Source: Actinomycetota bacterium
Lineage (GTDB): Bacteria; Actinomycetota; Actinomycetes; Actinomycetales; Microbacteriaceae
Length of the DNA: 64,000 bases
Assembly: GCA_037033305.1 (NCBI GenBank)
Contig: JAZBLP010000009.1
Coordinates: 187 to 64,186 of the forward strand
Direction: 5' to 3'
Shown: positions 53,855 to 64,000 of the stretch, one piece after another
Position numbering within the stretch: position 1 is the stretch's first letter
Layout of the letters: each line of letters starts with the position of its first letter
Program-made: the position numbers and the translations under genes
Notes under the pieces: generated by a model
Seen by the model: the letters and a program-made list of their open reading frames with translations, nothing else
What the model was told of the DNA's origin: nothing
Database searches by the model: none

Positions 53855-56023
53855 TCAGTTGTCGGTGGTGATCTCGACCACGGTCGCTCGACCGGGGTAC
53901 TGGACGGGGGGACGCATGCCGGCCACGGCGAGCTGGCGCCCGGTGAGCGCGACGCCCTGCTGCGCCCACAGCAGCTCGGACTGTCCTGCGTCGGGGCGCG
54001 CTCCGGCGGGAGCGACGACCGAGACGCGGTAAATGCGGTCAGGGTCGAGGCCCGGGAACCGCACACGGCCGGCAGGATAGGCGACCGAGGTGGCCTCCTG
54101 CGTGATCGTGAAGACGGCGGCGGAGGCATCGGCGCTGACGACCCCGCGCACGTCGATGCCGTCATCCGTGCCGTCGACATGCACGACGTGCCCCGTGGCC
54201 AGGAGCGGGCGGATGCGCTTGGCGTAGTCGACCCAGGCGGCGATGCGCGCCCGGTCGTCGGCGTCGGCGACCGAGATGTCGCGTTCGATGCCGAAGTGTC
54301 CGAGCAGGGCGATCGAGGCACTGAGGTCGAGATCGGTGACGCGACCGGTGGAATGCACGGTCTCGCTCGTGATGTGCGCCCCCATGAGCTCTGGTGGCAG
54401 CAGCAGACCGGTGTAGCGCTGGATCGAGAGGCGCTCGAGCGGGTCGAGGCAGTCGCTCGTCCAGATGCGGTCCGTGCGCTCGAGGATGCCGAGGTCGACG
54501 CGGGCGCCCCCGGATGCGCAGCTCTCGATCTCGAGACCGGGGTGCTGCGCCTTGAGCTCGTCCAGAAGGCGGTAGGCCGCGAGCGTGTGCTCGTGGACGA
54601 GCGCGCCAGCGCCCGGTCCGCGTCCGGCGTCGACGAGGTCGCGGTTGTGATCCCACTTGAGGTACGCGATCGGGTACTCGTCGAGCAGCGCGTGCAGGCG
54701 TGCGGCGATGTACGCGTAGGCGTCGGGGTGGGCGAGGTTGAGCACCTGCTGCTGTCGAGCCGACGGCGGCAGTTCGACCCGTGTGCGCAGGATCCACTCC
54801 GGATGCTGTCGCGCGATGTCGCTGTCGGGATTCACCATCTCGGGCTCGACCCAGAGGCCGAACTCCATGCCGCGCGCCCGCACGTGGTCGACGAGCGGGT
54901 GCAGACCCTCGGGCCATACGGTCTCGTCGACATGCCAGTCGCCGAGACCCGAGGTGTCGTCGCGGCGCCCGCGGAACCAGCCGTCGTCGAGCACGAAGCG
55001 CTCGATCCCGACCTCGGACGCGGCGTCCGCGAGGTCGGTCAGGCGGGTGAGGTCGTGGTCGAAGTACACCGCCTCCCACGTGTTCAGCGTGACGGGACGT
55101 GGCCGTTGCGGATGCTGCGGGCGGGCCCGCAGCTCGTCGTGAAACCGCCAGGAGAGCTGATTGAGGCCGTCGCCCCAGGAGCCGATGATCCACGGTGTGG
55201 TCAGAGCCGACCCGGGCTCGATCGTGATCTCCCCCGAGCCGTAGAGCTCACCGCCGGCGAGGAAAGCCTCCCCGGTGACCATGCGCTCCGCCAGCAGGGT
55301 GTGGTTGCCGCTCCAGGCGACGTGGATGCCGTGCACGCGCCCGGTCTCGAACCCGAAGCCCGGGCGTCCTGCGCACAGCAGCAGGGTGGCATCGGCGCCG
55401 GGTCGCCCGCGCCGGCTGTCGCGAGTGTAGCTGCCGAACGTGAAGTCGTGGCGCTGCGGCGAGCGCTCGCGCAGGTGACGCCCGGTGGTGTCGAGGATCT
55501 CGGTGGCGTCCCACGGGAGCGGGAAGGCCGCGGTGAGCCGCTGCACCGTGTACGGGCTCGTGCCGCTGTTGCGCAGGGTGATGCGCTGGTGGAACAGGCC
55601 ACCCTTGCCGACGCGCAGCTCGAGGGTGGCGGCGAGCCGCCCCTCGTCGTCGGTCAGCGAGATGCGCGCGGAATCGGTCGTGGCATCGACGCCGGACACG
55701 GCCCACCGGATGCTCACGCCGTTGCCGTCTCGGTGTCCCTCGATGCCGGGGGTTCCGAGCCATCCGTGCGCCGGTGTGGGAAGCACGGAGAGGACGGGCG
55801 TGATGTCGAGACCGCCGGAGACCCGCTGAGGCGTGGCCGCCAACGCGAGGGCGCGCAGGGTCTGCGGGTCGGCGTCGCCCAGGTCTTCACCCCAGTGCAC
55901 GATCGACGGCGGCGAGACCATCGACACCACCACGCTGGTTCCCCCAGCGCGCAGGTGCAGGACGCCGGCGTCGCGAGCGTCCAGCGGGGCCGACGGTTCG
56001 AGGATCACGTCATTGGAATGCAT
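53855..56023 (-). CDS. Alpha-galactosidase (GH36)
   Basis: Track ORF. Contains FVLDDGWF, LWVEPEMVNPDSD, YLKWDHNRDL and CASGGARVD. Confidence 0.92.
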   Translation of the reverse strand: MHSNDVILEPSAPLDARDAGVLHLRAGGTSVVVSMVSPPSIVHWGEDLGDADPQTLRALALAATPQRVSGGLDITPVLSVLPTPAHGWLGTPGIEGHRDGNGVSIRWAVSGVDATTDSARISLTDDEGRLAATLELRVGKGGLFHQRITLRNSGTSPYTVQRLTAAFPLPWDATEILDTTGRHLRERSPQRHDFTFGSYTRDSRRGRPGADATLLLCAGRPGFGFETGRVHGIHVAWSGNHTLLAERMVTGEAFLAGGELYGSGEITIEPGSALTTPWIIGSWGDGLNQLSWRFHDELRARPQHPQRPRPVTLNTWEAVYFDHDLTRLTDLADAASEVGIERFVLDDGWFRGRRDDTSGLGDWHVDETVWPEGLHPLVDHVRARGMEFGLWVEPEMVNPDSDIARQHPEWILRTRVELPPSARQQQVLNLAHPDAYAYIAARLHALLDEYPIAYLKWDHNRDLVDAGRGPGAGALVHEHTLAAYRLLDELKAQHPGLEIESCASGGARVDLGILERTDRIWTSDCLDPLERLSIQRYTGLLLPPELMGAHITSETVHSTGRVTDLDLSASIALLGHFGIERDISVADADDRARIAAWVDYAKRIRPLLATGHVVHVDGTDDGIDVRGVVSADASAAVFTITQEATSVAYPAGRVRFPGLDPDRIYRVSVVAPAGARPDAGQSELLWAQQGVALTGRQLAVAGMRPPVQYPGRATVVEITTDN

Positions 56024-56123
56024 GGATTGTTTCTATCACGGAACTAATTAGGCAGTCAAGAGGAAATGGAGGCGGTCGAGACGCCCACATATATGCCATG
56101 ATGAAAGAAACGAGGAGGGTCCC

Positions 56124-57236
56124 GTGCTATCCGAAAGCGAGGCAGCGGTCGCGAAGACTGTGCTGATCCACGGCCCCATCTCTCGCACGGCCCTGGCCAC
56201 CCGCCTCGGGCTCTCACCGGCGAGTCTCACCCGCCTGACCCGCCCCTTCGTCGACCGCGGGATCCTGATCGAACTCGACGACGTGGCCGAGGGCGTCGGC
56301 CGACCGTCGCGGCCGCTGGAGATCTCCTCCGATCTCGGCAGCTTCGTCGGCGTGAAGATCACCGGCGAGCATGTCTACGCCGTGCTGACCGACGTCCGCG
56401 CCCGTCTGATCGGAGAGCACGTCGTCGCACTCGACTCTCACGAGCCCGCAGATGTGCTCGACGCGGTGGAGACCGCCGTCGAGCGGGTCTCGGGCTCGAC
56501 CCCTTCCCCGGCGGGCATCGGCGTGAGCCTCGGCGGCATCACCGACGGCACCACCGTGGAGTGGGCGTCCTTCCTCGAGTGGACCGACGTGCCGTTCGGC
56601 ACCATGCTCGAGCGGGCGACGGGCCTCCCCGTGCGCGTCGAGAACGACCTGATCGCACTCACCGAAGCAGAGCGCTGGTTCGGAGCGGGCAGAGGTCTCG
56701 ACGGGTTCGCCGTGATCACGATCGGCGCCGGCGTGGGCTACGGACTGGTCGCCGGCGGCGCCGTCGTGCGCACGCCCGACGCGGGAATCGGCCTCGGCGG
56801 ACACATCCCGCTCGACCCGCACGGCCCCATCTGCCAGGAGGGACACCGCGGATGCTCTCAGGCGATGCTGACCTCGGGGTCCATCGCCGCCCAGGCCACC
56901 ATGGCGCTCGGCCGGCCGCTCACCTATGACGAGACTCTCGATCTCGCTGAGGCGGGCGACCCCGCGGCATCCGCCATCGTGCACGACAGCGCCCGCGCGC
57001 TCGGTCGACTCATCGCCCTGTCGGCGAACCTCACGTTGTACTCCGACGTCGTGCTCGCAGGTGAGGGGATGCGGCTCTTCGATGTCGCCGAGGAGACCGT
57101 GCGCGCGACTGTGCAGGAGTCGCGCGACCCCCGCGCCTCAGAGGTTCGTCTGCACATCGACGACAGCGGATTCACGGGCTGGGCACGGGGCGCAGCGGCG
57201 GTCGCCATTCAGGATGCGTTCGTCAGACTCGACTGA
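56124..57236 (+). CDS. ROK family transcriptional regulator
   Basis: Track ORF, GTG start after AGGAGGG. wHTH: GPISRTALATRLGLSPASLTRLTRPFVDRGIL. ROK zinc motif: CQEGHRGC. Confidence 0.87.
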   Translation: MLSESEAAVAKTVLIHGPISRTALATRLGLSPASLTRLTRPFVDRGILIELDDVAEGVGRPSRPLEISSDLGSFVGVKITGEHVYAVLTDVRARLIGEHVVALDSHEPADVLDAVETAVERVSGSTPSPAGIGVSLGGITDGTTVEWASFLEWTDVPFGTMLERATGLPVRVENDLIALTEAERWFGAGRGLDGFAVITIGAGVGYGLVAGGAVVRTPDAGIGLGGHIPLDPHGPICQEGHRGCSQAMLTSGSIAAQATMALGRPLTYDETLDLAEAGDPAASAIVHDSARALGRLIALSANLTLYSDVVLAGEGMRLFDVAEETVRATVQESRDPRASEVRLHIDDSGFTGWARGAAAVAIQDAFVRLD

Positions 57237-57369
57237 TCACCAGGGGTCTCTTGCCGCCCGACCGCCCTCTGTCAAGGTCGCCGGGGAAGTCGGACGGGCC
57301 GGGTAGCGTGGGCGGAGCCGGCCATCGCCGCATTCATCCCCGCTGTGCGGGGGAAACGAGAAGAGGTCC

Positions 57370-59976
57370 ATGATGGGCGGGACCCCACCGTCGAAGCTCT
57401 CCGGCACGTCGAACTCCGTCGTCGTGACCGGTGCACGTGTGCACAATCTTCGCAACGTGAGCGTCGCGGTCCCCCGCGACTCACTCGTCGCCTTCACGGG
57501 CGTCTCCGGCTCGGGCAAGAGCTCGCTCGCGTTCGGCACCCTCTACGCCGAGGCGCAGCGTCGCTACTTCGAGTCGGTGGCGCCGTACGCCCGGCGCCTG
57601 ATGAGCCAGGTCGACATCCCCGACGTCGACGCCATCGAAGGGCTGCCGCCTGCTGTCGCCCTCCCCCAGCAGCGCACCGCCGGCAGTGCTCGGTCGACGG
57701 TCGGCAGCGCCACGTCGATCGGCAACGTCGTGCGCATGCTCTTCTCTCGCGTCGGGACCTACCCGCCCGGGGCGGAGCCGCTGTACGCGGAGGACTTCTC
57801 CGCCAACACCGTGCAGGGCGCGTGCCCGCGATGCCACGGGATCGGGCAGGTGTACGACGTGCCCCCGCACCTCATGGTGCCCGACGAATCGCTGACGATC
57901 CGCGACCGTGCGCTCGATGCCTGGCCGAGGGCGTGGCACGGCAAGCAGCTCATCGACAGCCTCATCTCCCTCGGCTACGACATCGACATCCCGTGGCGAG
58001 ATGTGCCGGAAGAGCAGCGGCAGTGGGTGCTCTACACCGAGGAGTCCCCGCAGGTTCCGGTCTTCACCGATCGCGGCCCGGCAGCGGTGCGCAAGGCGGT
58101 CGCCGCCGGGATCGAGCCCTCGTACATGAGCACCTTCGTCGGCGTGCGGCAGTACGTGCTCAACACCTTCGCCAATTCGAAGAGCGCGAAGATGCGCGAG
58201 AAGGCGGCGAGCTACATGGTGAGCGTCCGCTGTCCCCTCTGCGACGGTCGCCGCCTCAAGCCCGAGGCGCTCGCCGTGACGTTCGCCGGTCTGGACATCA
58301 CCGAGATGGCCGCATTGCCGCTCGCCGATCTGGCGGCTCTGCTCGAGACCGAACTCGAGCGGCTCGACGGCGAGGGCTCCGACAACTCCGGCGGCGACGC
58401 GCTCGCCCCCGAGAAGCGTCTCGCGGCGCATCGGCTGGTGAACGAGCTGCACGACCGGGTCTCACCCATCATCGAGCTCGGGCTGGGCTACCTCTCACTG
58501 GACCGGTCGACGCCCACCCTCTCGTCGGGCGAGCTGCAGCGCATGCGGCTCGCGACTCAGGTTCTCTCGCAACTGTTCGGCGTCATGTTCGTGCTCGATG
58601 AGCCATCGGCCGGCCTCCACCCCGCCGACGGCGAAGCGCTCGTGCGCATCCTCCGGTCACTCAGAGATTCGGGCAACACGGTGTTCTTCGTCGAGCATTC
58701 GCTCGACGTGATCCGGAACGCGGACTGGATCGTCGACATCGGCCCCGGCGCAGGCTCGACCGGCGGCGAGATCGTCTATTCCGGCCCGATCGACGGGCTC
58801 CGACAGGCGGAGGACTCGCAGACCCGGCGCTACCTGTTCGCCGAAGACCTCCCCGCGACGCCGATTCCCGCCCCGCGCGAGCACGACGCGCTGCTCCGAC
58901 TCGCCGACGTGGCACGCAACAACCTCCGCGGCGTCTCGGTGTCGATCCCCCTCGGTTGCCTCACGGCGGTCACCGGCGTCTCGGGTTCGGGCAAGTCGTC
59001 GCTGGTCACCCAGGCGCTGCCCGACCTGCTGCAGAAGAGCCTCTCCAGCGAGTTGGACAGCGCGACGATCGATGCGTCCGCTGACGAGCAGAGCCGCGCG
59101 ACCGCGGATCCCCTGATGTCCGCCGTGACCACGGAGACGACCGGTCGGGCCTCCGGACCCGCCGGCCGCGTGAAGCGGGTGGTGCAGGTGAGCCAGAAGC
59201 CGATCGGACGCACATCGCGGTCGAACGTGGCGACGTACACCGGGCTCTTCGACCGCGTCCGCGCGCTGTTCGCCGCGACCCCCGAGGCGCGCCGTCGGCG
59301 ATACGCCGCGAGCAGGTTCTCGTTCAACCTGGCGAGCGGGCGCTGCCCGACATGCAAGGGCGAGGGCACGGTCGAGGTGGAGCTGCTCTTCCTCCCCACC
59401 GTGCACGCTCCGTGCGGCACCTGCGGTGGCACGCGCTACAACCCCGAGACCCTCGAGATCGAATTCGAGGGTCACACGATCGCCGACGTCCTCGCGACCA
59501 GCGTGAACGATGCGCGGGACATCTTCGCCGACGATGCCGAGGTCACTCGACACCTCGATGCCCTCGTCGACGTCGGTCTCGGGTACCTGCCACTCGGCCA
59601 GTCGGCGACGGAGCTCTCGGGCGGCGAGGCGCAGCGCGTGAAGCTGGCATCCGAGCTCCGCCGCGCTCAACATGGCGACACGCTCTATCTCCTCGACGAG
59701 CCCACCTCCGGGCTTCATCCCTCCGACGCCGACCGTCTTCTCGTTCATCTGCAGCACCTGGTCGATGCCGGCAACACCGTCGTGATGGTCGAACACGACA
59801 TGCGCGTGGTCGCCCAGGCCGACTGGGTCATCGACATGGGGCCCGGCGCCGGAGACCTCGGCGGGACGGTGGTGGCGGAGGGGACTCCACGGTCCGTGGC
59901 GTCCGCGACCGGCAGCACGACCGCGTCGTACCTTGCCGCCGCCCTCGACGCGCAGGAGCGCAGGGGCGGTGTCTGA
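57370..59976 (+). CDS. UvrA-family ATPase paralog lacking the UvrB-binding insert (class II UvrA-like)
   Basis: Track ORF. Two ABC modules ([12 protein letters not shown]; [11 protein letters not shown]; [15 protein letters not shown]; [11 protein letters not shown]). At 868 aa it is shorter than canonical UvrA (about 940+ aa from memory). Only ~25 aa separate RMLFSRVG from the CPRCHG zinc motif. Confidence 0.85.
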   Translation: MMGGTPPSKLSGTSNSVVVTGARVHNLRNVSVAVPRDSLVAFTGVSGSGKSSLAFGTLYAEAQRRYFESVAPYARRLMSQVDIPDVDAIEGLPPAVALPQQRTAGSARSTVGSATSIGNVVRMLFSRVGTYPPGAEPLYAEDFSANTVQGACPRCHGIGQVYDVPPHLMVPDESLTIRDRALDAWPRAWHGKQLIDSLISLGYDIDIPWRDVPEEQRQWVLYTEESPQVPVFTDRGPAAVRKAVAAGIEPSYMSTFVGVRQYVLNTFANSKSAKMREKAASYMVSVRCPLCDGRRLKPEALAVTFAGLDITEMAALPLADLAALLETELERLDGEGSDNSGGDALAPEKRLAAHRLVNELHDRVSPIIELGLGYLSLDRSTPTLSSGELQRMRLATQVLSQLFGVMFVLDEPSAGLHPADGEALVRILRSLRDSGNTVFFVEHSLDVIRNADWIVDIGPGAGSTGGEIVYSGPIDGLRQAEDSQTRRYLFAEDLPATPIPAPREHDALLRLADVARNNLRGVSVSIPLGCLTAVTGVSGSGKSSLVTQALPDLLQKSLSSELDSATIDASADEQSRATADPLMSAVTTETTGRASGPAGRVKRVVQVSQKPIGRTSRSNVATYTGLFDRVRALFAATPEARRRRYAASRFSFNLASGRCPTCKGEGTVEVELLFLPTVHAPCGTCGGTRYNPETLEIEFEGHTIADVLATSVNDARDIFADDAEVTRHLDALVDVGLGYLPLGQSATELSGGEAQRVKLASELRRAQHGDTLYLLDEPTSGLHPSDADRLLVHLQHLVDAGNTVVMVEHDMRVVAQADWVIDMGPGAGDLGGTVVAEGTPRSVASATGSTTASYLAAALDAQERRGGV

Positions 59977-60001
59977 CACCGGGTTCGCTAGCCTCGTGTG
60001 T

Positions 60002-60442
60002 ATGCGTCGCTCCGTATCGGTCGTGCCCCTCGCCCTGCTCGCCCTCGCGCTCTCGGCCTGCAGCCCGCCGATGGACGACGAGACGAAGTCCGCTCTGAAC
60101 AGTTCGGCGTGCATGTGGGTCGACACCGTGGCGACCCAGGCCAACATGAGCATGGTCTCGGCGGATCCGACGGCACTGGTGACGGCCGGAGATCACCTCC
60201 GCGAAGGGATCTCACTGCCCGAGGGCGACCTCGAGAACGCGATCGCGGCCGCGGGAGACGACGCGCCCGAACTCGAGGCGAAGACGGTCATCCTCCCCGA
60301 AGACCTCGACTCGTTCAACGAGCATCTCGACACGATCGCGTCGATCTGCGCCGATCTCGGTCATGACGACGTGGACACCCGCGTGAAGTATCCCGATTCC
60401 GAGACCACCGTCGAGGTTCTCGACGGGTCGTACGGCGGATAG
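60002..60442 (+). CDS. Hypothetical lipoprotein
   Basis: Track ORF 59933..60442 trimmed to ATG 60002. MRRSVSVVPLALLALALSACSPP contains a lipobox. Confidence 0.65.
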   Translation: MRRSVSVVPLALLALALSACSPPMDDETKSALNSSACMWVDTVATQANMSMVSADPTALVTAGDHLREGISLPEGDLENAIAAAGDDAPELEAKTVILPEDLDSFNEHLDTIASICADLGHDDVDTRVKYPDSETTVEVLDGSYGG

Positions 60443-60483
60443 ACACAGACCCGAGAAAGTCACTCTCATCGGGGGTTCATACT

Positions 60484-60572
60484 GCGGAGACGAGGGGATT
60501 TGAACCCCTGGTCCCCTTGCGGGGACTCCACCTTAGCAGGGTGGTGCACTCGGCCGGACTATGCGACGTCTC
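60484..60572 (-). tRNA. tRNA-Ser (anticodon GCU)
   Basis: The reverse complement is GGAGACGTCGCATAGTCCGGCCGAGTGCACCACCCTGCTAAGGTGGAGTCCCCGCAAGGGGACCAGGGGTTCAAATCCCCTCGTCTCCG. Anticodon loop is CTGCTAA, with a long variable arm and T-loop TTCAAAT. Confidence 0.92.
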
Positions 60573-60647
60573 CAGGCATCCGCTCCGTGAAGACCGGATG
60601 CACCTTGCAAGCATAACGGGTTCCGCGGGCAGCCACGAATCGAGAAG

Positions 60648-61655
60648 TCAGGCCCCGGGGCCGCTCGACTCCCGCACGACGAGTTCGGGCTGGAATCGCA
60701 CACGACGGTCGTGCTCTACCCCGTCCAGCTCCTTCAGCAGCAGATCCACTCCGGTCCAGCCGAGCAGCCTGGCGGGCTGGCGCACCGAGCTCAGGGGCAC
60801 CACGGTCGCCGAGGCGAAGTCGATGTCGTCGTAGCCGACCATGGCGATGTCCTGAGGCACACGGATGCCGGAACCGAAGCTGAAGGCCTGCAGCAGCCCG
60901 ACCGCGAGGAGGTCGTTGGCGGCGAAGACGGCATCCGGGCGGGAGTCGCCGGAGCGCGCCGCGATGGTCTCGCCTGCGGCCCTTCCCTGGAGCACGGTGA
61001 GCGCGGACTGCTCGAAGATCTCGAGAGTGACATCGGGGTGGGCGGCGACCGCCTCCTGCACGCCCCGCAGACGGTCGGAGACCTGCTGCACCGACTGCGG
61101 TCCGCCGACGAAAGCCAGACGGCGACGGCCCGACGCCAGCAGATGATCGGCGGCCAGGCGCCCGCCTTCGACGTCGTCGACCGAGACCGAGGGCAGCACC
61201 CCCTCCTCCACCTCGCGGTCGACGAGGATCACCGGCATCCCGCCCGTGGCGAAGCGATGAACGGCTGAGAGATCGTCGGAGGCGGGGGTCAGCAGCACGC
61301 CGTTGACCCGCTGCTCCTGGAAGAGTTCGAGGTGCGCGACCTGGCGCTCGTCGCGCTCGTCGCTGTTGCCGAGCAGCACGGTCATGCCGGCATCCGCTGC
61401 TCTGTCTTCCGCTCCGCGCACGACCTCGGCGAAGAACGGGTTGCCGATGTCGGGCACCACGAGTCCGATGCTGCGGCTGCGACCGGCGCGCAGCTGTCTG
61501 GCCGCGTCGTTGCGCACGAAGCCGAGCTCCTGGATGACCCGCTGCACGCGTTCCACCGTCTTGGCCGACACGCGCTCCGGCTGATTCAGGACGTTCGAGA
61601 CGGTGCCCACAGACACCCCTGCTGCAGCGGCGACGTCTTTGACCCCTACTGCCAT
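60648..61655 (-). CDS. LacI family transcriptional regulator
   Basis: Track ORF. Contains VKDVAAAAGVSVGTVSNVLNQPERVSAKTVERVQRVIQELGFVRNDAARQL. Confidence 0.9.
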   Translation of the reverse strand: MAVGVKDVAAAAGVSVGTVSNVLNQPERVSAKTVERVQRVIQELGFVRNDAARQLRAGRSRSIGLVVPDIGNPFFAEVVRGAEDRAADAGMTVLLGNSDERDERQVAHLELFQEQRVNGVLLTPASDDLSAVHRFATGGMPVILVDREVEEGVLPSVSVDDVEGGRLAADHLLASGRRRLAFVGGPQSVQQVSDRLRGVQEAVAAHPDVTLEIFEQSALTVLQGRAAGETIAARSGDSRPDAVFAANDLLAVGLLQAFSFGSGIRVPQDIAMVGYDDIDFASATVVPLSSVRQPARLLGWTGVDLLLKELDGVEHDRRVRFQPELVVRESSGPGA

Positions 61656-61695
61656 CGTGTTCCCCTGTTCTTCCGATACGTCAGGGACTACCTTC

Positions 61696-62373
61696 TCATC
61701 CCGGACGGCGCTCTCCGCGCCTGCGACGCCCCGGCACCGCGACGACGGCGAGAGCCGCGCATCCGATGCCGGCTATGAACAGCGGTGCGAGCGCCCAGGT
61801 GACGACTCCTGTGAAGATCGCCGCTGCGGCCAGATAAGCGGCGCCGGCGGCATCCGCCCGCACCACCGACGGGATGGCACGGACAGCGCCCGCCCAGCCG
61901 AGTGACGGCGACCACGCGCCGGCGGCCACCAGCAGCGCGATCGCGAGGGCCAGCAGCCCCGCCCAGCCGATGACCGCGATGATCTCACCACCCGGCAATG
62001 CGCCGGATCCGGCGAGCACGACGTCGATCGTCAGCACAGCGGCGATCAGTGCGGCAGGCACACCCACGCGGAGGGAGGGCAGGATGCCGGCGCGCACGTC
62101 GTCCCAGAACAGCGCGGTGCGCGAGTCCTCGGCAGCGACGAACCGCCGCAGGTGACGGATGCCGGCGGCCAGAGCGATCGGAACGGTCACGACACCGAGG
62201 GCGATGATCGTCATCAGCAGTCCGACCGTGAGCACCTCGCCGAACAGGCCGAACTTCGCGGTGGCACCGGGGTTGACCCCCGGCTCGACGCCCGCGACCG
62301 TGGGACCCGCTCCCGAGCGGGCCTCGCGCTTCGCCGCTCGGAGCGCCCGACGCTCTGCGTTGATGACCGACAT
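61696..62373 (-). CDS. DUF624 (YesL)-like integral membrane protein
   Basis: Track ORF 61696..62619 trimmed to ATG 62373. It has several TM segments, including VVTVPIALAAGIRHLRRFVAAEDSRTALFWDDV. It lies at the tail of a sugar ABC operon, as YesL-type genes commonly do. Confidence 0.55.
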   Translation of the reverse strand: MSVINAERRALRAAKREARSGAGPTVAGVEPGVNPGATAKFGLFGEVLTVGLLMTIIALGVVTVPIALAAGIRHLRRFVAAEDSRTALFWDDVRAGILPSLRVGVPAALIAAVLTIDVVLAGSGALPGGEIIAVIGWAGLLALAIALLVAAGAWSPSLGWAGAVRAIPSVVRADAAGAAYLAAAAIFTGVVTWALAPLFIAGIGCAALAVVAVPGRRRRGERRPG

Positions 62374-62375
62374 GA

Positions 62376-63281
62376 CTAGCCCTTCAGCCCCTGTGTGGCG
62401 ACGCCGTCGACGAGGAAGCGCTGGAAGACCACGAAGAACAGCAGCACCGGCACGAGGGCGACGAACGAGGCCGTGACCGTCGCACCGTAGTCGGACGAGG
62501 AGGTCTGGTCGTTGTAGAGGCGCAGTGCGATCGGCAGCGGGTAGTTTTCGGGGCTGGTCAGGTAGAGCAGCGGCCCGAGGAAGTCGTTCCACGCCCAGAT
62601 GAACGAGAAGATCGCGCACGTGATGAGGGCGGGCTTGATGAGCGGCAGGATGATCGACCAGAAGATCCGCAGGTGGCCTGCGCCGTCGATGCGTGCCGCC
62701 TCATCCATGTCGCGGGGCATCTGGCGGATGAACTGCACGAGCAGGAACACGAAGAACGCCTCGGTGGCGAGGAACTTCGGCAGGATCAGCGGGATGAAGG
62801 TGTCGACCCACCCGAGCTGGTTGAAGATGATGTACTGCGGGATGATCACGACGTGGAACGGCAGCAGCAGCGTGCCGATCATCGCCGCGAACAGCACGCC
62901 GAGTCCCTTGAACTGCACTCGGGCGAACGCATATGCCGCGAGCGCCGACGAGAGCACCGTGCCGACGACGGCGGAGACGGCGAGGATCAGCGAGTTCAGG
63001 AAGAAGCGCCACATGGGCACCCCGGCGATGCCCTCCATGACCTTGGCGTAGTTGTCGAGCGTCGGCGCCTGGGGCAGCAGACCGGGATTCTGGCCGAACT
63101 CGGAGTTCGGCTTGAACGTCGACAGGAACAGCCACAGCAGGGGGTAGAGCACGACCGCGGTGAGGACGAGCAGACCGATGAACCAGATGACGGTCTGCCA
63201 GGTCTTGCGCTTCACCCTGCGACGCGGGGCGGAGGCGGATGCCGTGACGACAGCCTCGGTGGTGGGCGTGGTGATGGTCAT
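62376..63281 (-). CDS. Carbohydrate ABC transporter permease
   Basis: Track ORF 62376..63308 trimmed to ATG 63281 (ATGA overlap with the upstream stop). Contains MDEAARIDGAGHLRIFWSIILPL. Confidence 0.88.
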   Translation of the reverse strand: MTITTPTTEAVVTASASAPRRRVKRKTWQTVIWFIGLLVLTAVVLYPLLWLFLSTFKPNSEFGQNPGLLPQAPTLDNYAKVMEGIAGVPMWRFFLNSLILAVSAVVGTVLSSALAAYAFARVQFKGLGVLFAAMIGTLLLPFHVVIIPQYIIFNQLGWVDTFIPLILPKFLATEAFFVFLLVQFIRQMPRDMDEAARIDGAGHLRIFWSIILPLIKPALITCAIFSFIWAWNDFLGPLLYLTSPENYPLPIALRLYNDQTSSSDYGATVTASFVALVPVLLFFVVFQRFLVDGVATQGLKG

Positions 63282-64000
63282 TTGTCGTCTCCCGAGTAGT
63301 GCACCCACGACCTCTGGGTGCGGAAGAGGATGAAGGCGATGATCGCGACGACGACGAGCAGGACCCAGGCGATCGCGGCCGCGTAGCCCATCTGTCCGTC
63401 GGAGAATCCTCGCTTGTACAGGTACACGGTGATGAAGTTGGTCATGCCCGCCGGGCCGCCGGTGCCGTTCGAGATGATGTACGCCGAGGCGAAGACCTGG
63501 AAGGCGCCGATCAGACCGAGCAGCAGGTTGAAGAACATCACCGGGGAGAGCATCGGGATCGTCACCGCGCGGAACCGGCGGTAGGCGTTCGCGCCGTCCA
63601 TCTCGGCGGCCTCGTAGAGCTCCTTCGGGATCTGCTTGAGCCCCGCGAGGAAGATCACCATGGTGGCGCCGAACTGCCAGACGGCGAGCAGGATCATCAT
63701 CGGGAGCACGAGGCTGGGGTTACCGATCCATCCGCCGAGATCGATGCCGAAGACCTGCAGCCCGCTGTCGACGGGACCGTCGGAGGAGAACATCGCCCGC
63801 CATACGATGGCGACCGACACCGAGCCGCCGATGAGGGACGGGGCGTAGAAGGCGGAGCGGAAGAAGCCGGCACCCTTGTCGCGGTAGTTCAGGAGCATCG
63901 CGACGGCGAGAGCGGCCGCGAGGGTGATTGGAGTGCCGATGAAGACGTAGACGAGAGTGATCTGCGCCGATTGGATGAAGTTCGGGTCGCTCGTGAAGAG
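63278..64000 (-). CDS. Carbohydrate ABC transporter permease (N-terminus beyond window edge)
   Basis: The frame of track ORF 63278..63898 stays open to the window end. Contains LYEAAEMDGANAYRRFRAVTIPM. Confidence 0.85.
   Translation of the reverse strand, partial: LFTSDPNFIQSAQITLVYVFIGTPITLAAALAVAMLLNYRDKGAGFFRSAFYAPSLIGGSVSVAIVWRAMFSSDGPVDSGLQVFGIDLGGWIGNPSLVLPMMILLAVWQFGATMVIFLAGLKQIPKELYEAAEMDGANAYRRFRAVTIPMLSPVMFFNLLLGLIGAFQVFASAYIISNGTGGPAGMTNFITVYLYKRGFSDGQMGYAAAIAWVLLVVVAIIAFILFRTQRSWVHYSGDDK

Overview
High-GC actinobacterial chromosome segment (roughly 68-72% GC by eye, not computed), Microbacteriaceae-like in gene content. The backbone is a string of sugar and amino-acid uptake/catabolism modules, each with its own regulator. 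These are: a partial sugar-binding protein + LacI (1-2352); a polar amino-acid ABC system + FMN hydroxy-acid dehydrogenase + PucR (22.1-27.7 kb); ROK-xylA-xylB (38.0-41.7 kb); a Gfo/Idh/MocA-cupin-Gfo operon + LacI + 2-hydroxyacid dehydrogenase (41.9-46.8 kb); a GH36 alpha-galactosidase + sugar ABC + aldo-keto reductase + ROK (49.5-57.2 kb); and LacI + DUF624-like + sugar ABC permeases (60.6-64.0 kb). Also present are sufS-sufU, a sortase-dependent pilus locus (29.9-35.6 kb), two paralogous single-chain ECF sigma/anti-sigma/extracellular-domain fusions, a UvrA paralog lacking the UvrB-binding insert, tRNA-Arg(ACG) and tRNA-Ser(GCU). Two accessory insertions stand out. (1) A 6.2-kb integrative element sits in the 3' end of tRNA-Arg (2425-8649). 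It has 39-bp att repeats, a tyrosine integrase, Xis, an extra small serine recombinase and a strongly structured ori-like spacer, but no capsid or conjugation genes. (2) A visibly lower-GC island of about 4.4 kb (11.6-15.9 kb) begins with a decayed large serine recombinase. It carries a stand-alone 529-aa reverse transcriptase with intact catalytic motifs, a divergent bicistron (59-aa membrane peptide + 356-aa protein) and two long ORF-poor stretches, one closed by a strong terminator. This island is my best candidate for an undescribed (defence-type) system. Many long ORFs in the supplied track are antisense or off-frame artefacts of high GC and were not called. All family assignments rest on motifs read by eye and need HMM/BLAST confirmation.
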